Shown: one piece after another, positions 1-8,322 of the stretch
Layout: each line of letters starts with the position of its first letter
How positions within the stretch are numbered: position 1 is the stretch's first letter
Source: Heterodontus francisci
Taxonomy: Eukaryota
Reading direction: 5' to 3'
DNA length: 64,000 nt
NCBI RefSeq assembly: GCF_036365525.1
Contig: NC_090378.1
Location: 120,389,593-120,453,592, forward strand
The notes under the pieces: generated by a model
Seen by the model: the letters and a program-made list of their open reading frames with translations, nothing else
The model's database searches: none
What the model was told of the DNA's origin: nothing
Program-made: the position numbers and the translations under genes

Positions 1-2533
1 GGAGAGAGAAGAGCAAATGTGTCGGCAAATTACTGAAAAGTGCAGAAACAACAGGCCAGTAATAGGAGGGGATTTCAACTTTCCAAATATTAACTGGGAT
101 AAATTCAGTATAAAAGGTACAGAGGGCGCAGAATTCCTAAAATACATTCGGGAGAACTTTTCTCATCAGTAGAAAGACCAACAAGAGAAGATACAGTTCT
201 GGACTTAGTTTTCAGGAATGAATCTGGGCAGGTGGAAGGGGATCAATGTGAGAGTGTTTTAGTGGCAGTGATTATAATTCAGTTAGATTTAGAGCAGTTA
301 TAGAAAAGGATAAAGATGGACCAAGAGTAAAAGTTTTAAACTGGGGAAAGGCCAATTTTACTAAGCTGAGATGTGATTTGTCAGAATTAGACTGGAAACA
401 GCTACTTGAAGGTAAATCAGTGTTAGAGCAGTGGGAGGCATTCAAGGAGGAGATAGTGAGGGCTCAGAACAAACATGTTCCCACAAAGAAAAAGGGTGAG
501 ACTCCCAAATCTCCATTTACCGCAGATGGTAAAGAGCATACACAGTAGGATAAGGTACAAAAGGGAAACTTATATCGGATACTGAGATCTTGATACTGCA
601 GAAAACCTGGAGAAGTGTAGAGAGTTCAGGGGTGAAATTGAAAAGGAAATTAGGGAAACAAAGAGAGGACATGAAAAAATATGAGCTAGTAAAATCAAGG
701 AAAACCCAAAGATGTTTAATAAATACATAAAGAGCCGGAGAATCACTAAGAAAAGAGCGGGGTAAATTGGAGTCCAAAAACCTAACCTGTGTGTGGAGGT
801 GGAGGATGTGGACATGTTTCTGAATGAATACTTTGTGCCTTTTTTCACAGAGAGTGACAAAGCAGACATTGTAGTGAAGGAGGAGGAGTGTGAAATCTTG
901 GATGGGATAAACTTAGTGAGGGAGGAAATATTAAGGTGTTTCACATCCTTGAAAATGGATAAATCACCAGGCCCAGGTGAAATGTATCCCAGGCTGCAAA
1001 GGAAGCAATGGAAGAAATAGCGGAGGCTCTGATCCTCATTTTCCAATTCTCTCTGGTTAAAGGCATGGTACCTGAGGACTGGAGGACTGCTAATGTTCTA
1101 CTGTTGTTTAAAAAGGAAAGAATGGATGGACCAAGTAATTACAGATCAGTCAGCATAACCTCGGCAGTGGGAAAATTATTGGAAAAAGTTCTGAGAGACA
1201 GTAAAAACCATCACTTAGAGAAGCACGGGATTAATTCAGGACAGTCAGCATGGATTTGTTAAGGGAAGTTTGTGTCTGACTAACGATTACATTTCATGAG
1301 GAGGTTACAAGGAGTGTCAAAGTGGGCGTCATGTTTGAAAGAGTCTACATGGATTTTAGCAAGGCCTTTGATAAGATCCCACATGGCAGACTGGTCAGAA
1401 AGTTAAAAGCCCATCGGATCCAAGGAAAAGTGGGAAATTGGATCAAAAATTGAGTCAGTGACAGGAAGCAAAGTTTTATTGTCAACGGGTGTTTTTGTGA
1501 GTGGAAAGCTGTTTTCAGTGGGGTTCTGCAGGGCTCAGTACTGGGTCCACTGCTGATTATAGTGTCTTTCAATGATTTAGATTTAAATGGAAGGGGTATT
1601 AAGAAGTTTGCAGATGATACAAAAATAGGCCTTGCGGTTGATAATGAGGAAAAAGGCTGTAGACTGCAGGAAGATATCAATGGACTGGTCAGGTGGGCAG
1701 AAAAATAGCAAATGGAATTCAGTCCAGAGAAATGTGAGGTGATGCATTTGGGGAGGACAAACGAGGCAAAGGAATATCCAATAAATGGGATGATACTGAG
1801 AAGTGTAGAGGAACTGAGGGACATTGGAGTTCATGTCCACAGATCCCTGAAGGTAGCAGGACAGCTAGATAAGGTGGTTAAGAAGGCTTACGGGATGCTT
1901 GCCCTTATTCGCTGAGGCCTGGAGTATAAAGGTAAGGAGGTTATGCCAGAACTGTAGAAAACACTAGTTAGACCACAGCTAGAAAACTGTGTACAGTTCT
2001 GGTCACCACATTACAGGAAGGATGTGATCAAACAAGAGGGGGTACAGAGGAGATTTACGAGGATGTTACCAGGAATGGAGAATTTTACCTATGAGGAAAG
2101 ATAGGATCGGCTGGGATTGTTATCTCTGGAACAGAGGAGACTGAGGGGAGATTTAATTGAGGTGTATAAAATTATGAGGGGCCAAGATAGAGTGGATAGG
2201 AAGGACCTACTTCCCGCAGCAGAGAGGTCAATAACCCAGCGGCATAGATTTAAATTAATTGGTGGAAGGATGAGAGGTGAATTGAGGAGTAATTTTTTCA
2301 CCCAGAGGGTGTTGGGGGTCTGGAACTCACTGCCTGAAAGGGTGGTAGAGGCAGAAACTCTCATCACATTGAAAAAACACTTGGATATGCACTTGAGGTG
2401 CCGAAACCTACAGGGATATGGGAATAAGAGCTGGAAAGTGGGATTAGGTTTGTTAACTCATTTTCAGCTGGCATGGACACCATGGGCCGAATGGCCTCAT
2501 CTGCATTGTAAATCTTTCTATGTTTCTCTGTTT
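1..2533 (+). mobile_element. Decayed CR1-clade LINE: ORF2 (end of APE endonuclease plus reverse transcriptase) and 3' tail; 5' part lies outside the window
   Basis: Translated fragments carry CR1 ORF2 motifs: GGDFNFPNINW (~65-97), LDLVF, LNWGKANF, KSPGP, PEDWRTANV, NYRSVSITS, QHGF, DFSKAFDKIPH, QGSVLGPLL, KFADDTK (~1604-1624), LEQRRLRGDLIEVYKIM and FFTQRV..WNSLP. There are many stops and frameshifts. It ends in a TTTCTATGTTTCTCTG tail (~2515-2533) like the CR1 3' short repeat. Confidence 0.95.
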
Positions 2534-2965
2534 AAACGTCTCTAATGAAGGTTTATCACCAATTCAGCACTGAAATGGTTAATAGTAAGAGTGTTTAAAG
2601 ACTCAGTGTCCCTTTAAGACACTGTTAACCTGACAGGAAGCTCGAACTGTAGATCAGTCTATCTGGAGGAAACAGGCTCAGTGTTAACAAATCTCAGATC
2701 ACACACACATCCGGAGAACTTTCTCTGAGAACACTGGAGCAGACTTGTATCAACACATGTCAGAAAGGATTCATGTTGGGTGTCGGTGTAGAAGGTTTTC
2801 GATTTCATTTAAAACCTTCTTGTCCAACACTGGGGTGAGGTCAAGGGTGAGGTTATAATCAGTCTCAGTGTACTGGGGTCAGGCAGGGTCACTGCTCCAA
2901 ATGATCCCATGACCCCTGGAAGGTGAGAGTGTGCGCGAGGGTCAGGATCAGGAGCCTCCAAACTC

Positions 2966-3364
2966 AAAGAAAGACTTGCATTTCTATAGTGCCTGTCACC
3001 ACCTCAGGATGTCCCAAAGTGTTTTACGGCCAATTGTGCACAGCAAGATCCCAGACAGCTGAGTGATAATGAGCAGATAATCTGATTTTCAATGCTGTTG
3101 GTTGAGTGATAAACATTGTCCAGAACACCGAGGAGAACTCCCCTGCTCTTCTAATAGTGCAGTGGGATCCTTTACATTCACCTGAGAGGGCAGACGTCAG
3201 TTTGTCTCATCTGAAAGACAGCACCTCTGACAATGCAGCACTCCCTCAATACTGCACTGCAGTGTCAGCCTGGATTATGTGCTCCAGTCTCTGGAGTGGG
3301 ACTTGAAGCCACGACATTCTGTCTCAGAGGTGAGAGTGTTACCCACTGAGACAACACTAACACC
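2966..3364 (-). mobile_element. tRNA-derived SINE, near full length, resembling shark DeuSINE/SacSINE1-type elements
   Basis: The minus strand starts with degenerate Pol III A-box (TGTCTCAGTGGG) and B-box (GCTTCAAGTCC) motifs. It ends in an L2-like tail, CTTTGGGACATCCTGAGG...CTATAGAAATGCAAGTCTTTCTTT. It aligns by eye with a second copy at 3763-3966. The family name is from recognition, not a database search. Confidence 0.8.
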
Positions 3365-3762
3365 TCACAGTCGAATAGCCTGCCATTCTCAACCTCCCGG
3401 CTCACACTTGGAGGAATGAGGCCACTTGGGGAGGGTGGAGCTGTGCCCCAGCCAGAAATAGTGCCTTCAGGAGAGAGATGGAGAGCAGATTGTGGGAGAC
3501 CTGTAGTCTAGACGGGTGACATTTAACCAGTCGATGGCAGGTGCTGAGCCCTTTCCCCGTAAGTATTTTGTAAGTCCTTGGGGAAAGTGGGAGGGGCACT
3601 AGAGTAACACCTTTGTTGCTGCTGAAACTCTTGCTATCTGCTCAGTCATGTCTAATAAACACACAGACAAATCAGACAAACATTAGTCAGTTTTCTGTGG
3701 ATTTTCTGCTGGGTTCAGCTTTAATCAACAGGGTATTGTGGGAGCTCCCGGTTAATAAAAGG

Positions 3763-3966
3763 AAAAGAAAGACTTGTATTTATATCGAGTATTTCACACC
3801 TCAGGACCTCCCAAAGTCATTTACAGACAATGAAGGACTTGTTTAAAGAGCAGTCACTGTTGGAATGTAGGAAATGTGGCAGACAATTTGTGCACAGCAA
3901 GATCCCACAAACAGCAATGAGGTAAATGAACATTTTCAGTGACGTCGGTTCAGAGATAAATATCAG
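3763..3966 (-). mobile_element. Truncated second copy of the same SINE (3' half only)
   Basis: Shares AGAAAGACTTG, CACCTCAGGA, CCCAAAG, TGTGCACAGCAAGATCCCA and GATAAA blocks in the same order as 2966-3120. It stops exactly where the LTR-like element begins. Confidence 0.8.
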
Positions 3967-4918
3967 TGTCATGCAGGCCCCCACCTGCCAAGAATGAGGC
4001 ACATTAATTTCGCCATATGAACACTGCTTTTTAATCTGTTGCTGGAGTAAAGAAAGAACTTGTTTTTAAAAAACAGCACCAGGCCCTTGACTGGAAAGAC
4101 ATTGGCATAATAACAGATAGTACTTGGAAGGGACAAAAGACCATTTCCTGACAAATTCAATCCACAATGGACTTTTGATTACCAGACATTGAGGGTGGAG
4201 GAGCTCCCATTCCAGCTTGACTGCTAAGATGGCCGACTACACCATCGGACATGGTCAGACCAGTTTAGTCACATGACTAACTGGCTGTTGTAGTTTTTTG
4301 AATTTGAACTTGCCACAGAGAATTTGAACTCAGAAAGCTGTTTGCTCCTGGACTGAAAAGACTTTTCATGGCTGGCTTGCCACTGTCTCTCTCCCGTCGG
4401 CTTTCATCTCTCTCACCAGCTTCAGAAATCATTGAAGACATATGAACCGCAAGAGGGAAAAGTCTCCCACAGTGAACAAGGTTTAAGAAGAATACTGGGC
4501 CCCAATGAAAAGCAAGATCTACCGACAAGCAAGGACTCCAGTGAGCTCGAAGCACAGTAACAAAAACTCTCTTCAGAGATTGCCTCAAACCTCTGCACTT
4601 TATTTTTCTTCTGCTCTTTTCTGTCTCTATTTGCATGTGTGTATCGCATATGCATGCTAGCATGGGGCATGGCGTGTATCCGTACGCGTTAACTGAATTA
4701 GAGTTTTAGTTTAAGTTTTAATAAATTTCACCTTTCTTCTTTAAACCTAAGAAAACCTGTTTGTGCTCATTTCTTTGCCTCACAATTGGAAAGCGGTGAA
4801 CAAGGATTCACCGAGAAGGAGCTCAAAACACAGTTTGTTTCAAATTAAATCTTGTTACAGTAAGACCAGGTGAAGGCTGTGAAAGACCCCGAGAGACTTT
4901 CATCACCTGGTCAGAACA
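3967..4918 (+). mobile_element. Solo LTR-like element (~950 bp), probably Gypsy-type
   Basis: TGT...ACA termini (TGTCATG at 3967; CAGAACA ending at 4918), an AATAAA at 4720-4725, no coding capacity, and it truncates the neighbouring SINE. There is no clean target-site duplication. Orientation is inferred only from the AATAAA. Confidence 0.6.
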
Positions 4919-5455
4919 ATAGACCTGAACTCGACCCAAAGACAAAGCAACTGAGAGTTTCCCCAAAACCCTGGAACACTGAAGCCACTGGATTGGGAGC
5001 CCTGCTGTCACTGTTTGTCATCAGAACTTTGACAAGAGATAAGCAGGGAGTGGACAGAGCAGAGTTAAAGCTGGGGGAGGTGGGACCTTGGTGTCTCACT
5101 GTGCTGGTGCTGAGATCAGTTATATCAGAGACTGTGACAGAGACCCAGAGCTCACACTGAGACTGGCAGGAGTCTAGTGAGGGATTTCACTCCATGGAGC
5201 AGGAATGTGACCACAGTCTGCAAACGTCCAGATCTCCTCTACACACTCGGTAAAAGTTGGTTACTTATATCTTGCTGGTTAAAGGGGGAATGTAACTAAA
5301 GAAATACAGCTGGGCACCCTGTTATACACAGTGCTCTTCAATGAACCATTTCATTGACTGCAGCTCCTTTCTAACACCTTCCACTATTCAGCATTTGTGT
5401 TTTAGAAAGTTTCAGTATTTAAAGGATTAGTAACGGAGGATTGAGGTTTACTTAC

Positions 5456-5490
5456 TCAGTCTAAGCTTGGTTCCTTTACCGAACGTAAAC
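5456..5490 (-). CDS. IGKJ: Immunoglobulin light-chain joining (J) segment, kappa / shark type III (NS4)-like, unrearranged
   Basis: The minus strand reads G TTT ACG TTC GGT AAA GGA ACC AAG CTT AGA CTG A|GTAAGT, i.e. FTFGKGTKLRL plus a phase-1 base. It has the F-G-x-G-T-K-L J motif, a perfect donor at 5455-5450 and a 23-RSS directly abutting it. As I recall, FGKGTKLRL(S) is the shark kappa-type J sequence. TCR J segments use 12-RSS and IgH J segments have WGxG. Confidence 0.93.
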
Positions 5491-5529
5491 CACACTGACA
5501 GCTTCCAGTGCAGGGGCTGTACAATATCC
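5491..5529 (-). promoter_or_regulatory. Recombination signal sequence with 23-bp spacer (23-RSS) of the J segment
   Basis: Read on the + strand away from J: heptamer CACACTG at 5491-5497 (6/7 to CACAGTG, CAC intact), a spacer of exactly 23 bp at 5498-5520, and nonamer ACAATATCC at 5521-5529 (7/9 to ACAAAAACC). Confidence 0.9.
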
Positions 5530-6158
5530 TCTGCTCTCTGTTTCACTCACTCACTCTCACCCTCTCTCTGTCTTTCACTGTCACTGTGTCTCTCTCTCTG
5601 TCACTCTTTGCCTGTGTGTATGTGTGTCTCTGTCTCGCACACTCTCTCTATATATATCTATTTGTCTCTGTCTCTATGTGTGCTTCTGTCTGTCTCTGTC
5701 TGTGTGTGTCGTTCACAGTGTGTCACACTCTGTCTCTGCTACTTTGGGTTTCTCTCACATTCTGTCTCTCTCTCATTGTTTTCTCTCACTCTGTCTCTTT
5801 CACTCTCTCATTATGTCCCTCTCTCTCACTCCCTGTTACTCTGTCTCTGTCACACGCTCTCTCTCTCTCACACTCTCTCTCAATCTGTCTCTCTCTTTCT
5901 CTCACTCACTCTGTCTCTCTTTCTCAATCTCTCTCACTCCCTCACTCTGTCTCTCTTTTTCTCCCTCTCACTCTCTCTCTTTCTCTCTCTCTCACTCTCT
6001 CTCATTCAGTCTCACTCTGTCTCTCTTTTTCTCCCTCTCACTATCTCTCTCTTTCTCTCTCTCTCACTCTCTCACTTTGTCTCTCTTTCTCACTCTGTCT
6101 CTCTTTTTCTCCCTCTCACTCTCTCTCTCTCTCACTTTCTCTCTCTCTGTCTCTCACA
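5530..6158. repeat. Degenerate (CT)n/CTCA/CTGT polypyrimidine simple repeat
   Basis: Near-continuous CT, CTCA and CTGT units on the + strand. It produces the S/L-rich spurious ORFs at 5467-6345. Confidence 0.95.
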
Positions 6159-6162
6159 GACT

Positions 6163-6930
6163 GGGATGAATTCTCCCGGTGCCATGGAGACGGGGTTCTC
6201 ATTTGGAGGTTGGGCAGGACTGGGAAAAATACGACGAGCCGTGTCAACATGGCTCCCTGACACATTCCCGCCTCCGGGTTACTTTCCCATGGGTGTACTG
6301 GGAACCGGTCATCTGCTGGCTCCATGGAGATGGGCAGACAATTAGAGCAATGAAGTTCACATTTAGGGGCCATTTTGAGCCGGTGCTGGTATTTTACCAA
6401 CGTCGGAGCGGCCTCCCCACCCCCGAGTGTGGAGGCCGCCAGCTCAATGGAGGAGCCCTCCCGGCAGCAGGCCAGGGGACCATCGGAGACGGAGACTCTA
6501 TGTCCCAATGAGCTACAGGGATGAAAAGCTGCAGTCCCGCCTGTGAATAATCCTGTGGAGGAGTTTCCTAATCCTAACCCTCTTCAACCTGATGGCCCAA
6601 CTGGCTTCAGCCCTTTTTATTTTACTATTCCTCTGCAGGCAGCCGAGGGCATCTCCATGTTGAGGGGCCCTCACTCTCGCCTGCCTGTTTCAGCAGGGCC
6701 CACCTCTCCCGGTGGAGCTGCCAGCCTGACATCACTGTGGGCCCTCTGATTGGGCCTGCAGGCTCGGGAGCCTGACCGCCATCATTAATAGGACAGTGAG
6801 TGTGGAGGTGACCAATTAGGAGGCTGCCTCCCAGAAAGTTGCTCCGGCGAGTGCTGATGACATGGGCAGGCTCGGGACCCTCATATAGGCCAGACGTCAG
6901 AGTCCGAATGTCGACTGGGCCAACCAGCCA
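6163..6930. mobile_element. ~770-bp GC-rich non-coding insertion, probably a non-autonomous DNA transposon (MITE; PIF/Harbinger-like)
   Basis: Sharp compositional boundaries inside a CT tract that continues on both sides. It starts GGGATGAATT and ends ...AACCAGCCA, a weak terminal inverted similarity. There is an internal inverted pair GCGGCCTCC/GGAGGCCGC (~6408-6440). No clear TSD. Confidence 0.45.
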
Positions 6931-7220
6931 TCTCTCTCTCTCACGCTGTCACTCTTGTGCTCTTTCCCTCTGTCTATCTCACTATCTCCCTCTCTCTCTT
7001 TCTCTCACTCTCTCTCTCTCTCCCTCTCTCTATCTCACTCTCTTTCTCTCACTCTTTCTCTCTCTCTATCTGTCTCTCTCTAGCACTTTCTCTCTCTCTC
7101 TAACTGTCTCTCTTTATCTCACTCTCTCCCCCAATGTCTCTCTTTCTGTCATTCTCTCTCTCCCACTGTCTCTGTTTCTCTCTCTCTCCTGCTGTCTCTG
7201 TTTCACTCTCTCTCTCTGTC
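6931..7220. repeat. Degenerate (CT)n simple repeat, continuation of 5530-6158
   Basis: Same unit composition and strand bias as the tract to the left of the insertion. Confidence 0.93.
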
Positions 7221-7368
7221 TGAATTCCATGCTGCTGTGCTTGGGAAAGTTGGGAATTCTACTTGTCGATGATAAATCTTCCAGCTGCTCTTCCCACCAC
7301 ATCAGATGGAAAAGCCTGGAGCCACTCAATTCCTGGAAAATGAAAATCTCCCAGCAAACCGAGCTCAC

Positions 7369-7379
7369 CTGCCTGTGCC
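7369..7379 (-). other. Candidate 11-nt micro-exon
   Basis: The minus strand reads CCCCTCCCCTTTTTTCCAG|GGCACAGGCAG|GTGAGC: a strong polypyrimidine acceptor and a consensus donor 11 nt apart. No transcript evidence. Confidence 0.3.
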
Positions 7380-7472
7380 CTGGAAAAAAGGGGAGGGGTG
7401 TTTCTGTAAATGTGATGTTTCTGTTGCTGACTCTGCTCTTCCTCATGGACCATTTGAAAACAGTGAGTTTCA

Positions 7473-7910
7473 GAGTCAGTGGATCATGTCTACATGGAGT
7501 GGGAGAGGTTGTGGCCCCTGTTCCATTATTTGAACGGGCTGCTCCTCATCCTCTGGTTCTAATTCAGGCCCACGCTCCTGATCTTTGGCCACCCAGTGCA
7601 GAGGGGAGTGGGCAGGTTGGAGGCCCCTCCTCGTGGGTCTGCTCCTGGGCGTGGCCAAGGTGTCCATCCACAGGCCCGAGTTGGATGGGACCTGTGGGGG
7701 TGGTGGCACTGGCTGCCAGTCTCTCTACCATGGCATTGTCCCCACCCGGGTGGCCCTGGAGAAGGAGCAGGGGGTGTCTGCTGGGTCACTTGAGGCCTTC
7801 AGGCTGCAGTGGGCACCACAGGGACAGGAGTGTGTAGTGGATAGTGAAAATAACATCAGGCTTTAATTTGTTCAGTTTGCTTTCTATTTATGATTTCAGT
7901 TTTATTCATT
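7473..7910 (+). mobile_element. 5'-truncated Tx1/L1-clade LINE fragment (ORF2 C-terminus plus T-rich 3' end)
   Basis: Translates as ESVDHVYMEWERLWPLFHYL..LL..W.*F.PTLLIFGHPV (decayed end of a zinc-knuckle region), then after a frameshift LLVGLLLGVAKVSIHR...RVALEKEQ.VS.G.LEAFR.QWAP...ENNIRL* (stop 7864-7866). This is the pattern I recognise for Tx1-type ORF2 ends. A T-rich tail follows. Confidence 0.8.
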
Positions 7911-7925
7911 TCGACACATTTCACA

Positions 7926-8035
7926 ATTGGATTTTGATTGGTGAAAATTGTGTCATCCAGATTGTCCAATCAGATGAGAAGAAACCTGTTTCCATAGTAA
8001 CTGACCTGGGGTGTCTGACCTGGGATGGGGGGTCA
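7926..8035. promoter_or_regulatory. Promoter-like motif cluster: CCAAT boxes, RFX X-box and TGACCT half-sites
   Basis: ATTGG at 7926-7930, TGATTGG at 7935-7941, CCAATCAG at 7966-7973, GTTTCCATAGTAAC at 7988-8001 (matches the 14-bp X-box GTTNCCATRGNAAC), and TGACCTGGG twice (8002, 8016). Function is not shown. Confidence 0.4.
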
Positions 8036-8322
8036 ATAATAATGATCAATAATTAGTCTGTGCTCATGAAGCGACTCCACGAGAACCCAGAGAGAATCGA
8101 ATGAAGCAAAATGTCAAATCTCCAGAGCTGTGAGATTCTCACTGATGAAGACAGCAGCTCCTCGTCCTCTCTAAACTCCTCCATCCTTTCCCAATTCGTC
8201 ACACCGTTCAGGGGAATGTTTCTGTCAACACTCTCATCGACACATGTGGCAGCAATGCACAAAACAGCAAATATTTCCCAGATAGATAAGACAGGAGATT
8301 GAAGCAACTGTTTTAATACACC

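Noticed and set aside
517-2367. Minus-strand ORFs over the CR1 element
   Set aside because: Antisense shadows of the decayed CR1 ORF2.
3290-3364. tRNA gene
   Set aside because: The A/B boxes belong to the SINE head. There is no intact cloverleaf.
4629-4636. Octamer ATTTGCAT as an Ig V promoter
   Set aside because: It is inside the LTR-like element and downstream of J, with no leader or V exon next to it.
5193-5255. Plus-strand mini-exon MEQECDHSLQTSRSPLHT followed by GTAAAA
   Set aside because: Weak donor and start context, no recognisable homology, and antisense within the presumed J-C intron.
5096-6739. Other perfect heptamers (CACTGTG at ~5097, 5582 and 6733; CACAGTG at 5714)
   Set aside because: None has a nonamer at 12 or 23 bp or an adjacent V/J coding sequence.
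5467-7837. Long ORFs of 181-332 aa rich in Ser/Leu
   Set aside because: They are read-through of CT microsatellites and TE fragments, with no domain signature.
8053-8307. Overlapping ORFs 8111-8302 (+) and 8053-8307 (-) next to the promoter-like cluster
   Set aside because: Short, with no recognisable domain or convincing splice pattern, and the minus ORF starts at TTG. They cannot be supported without transcripts.
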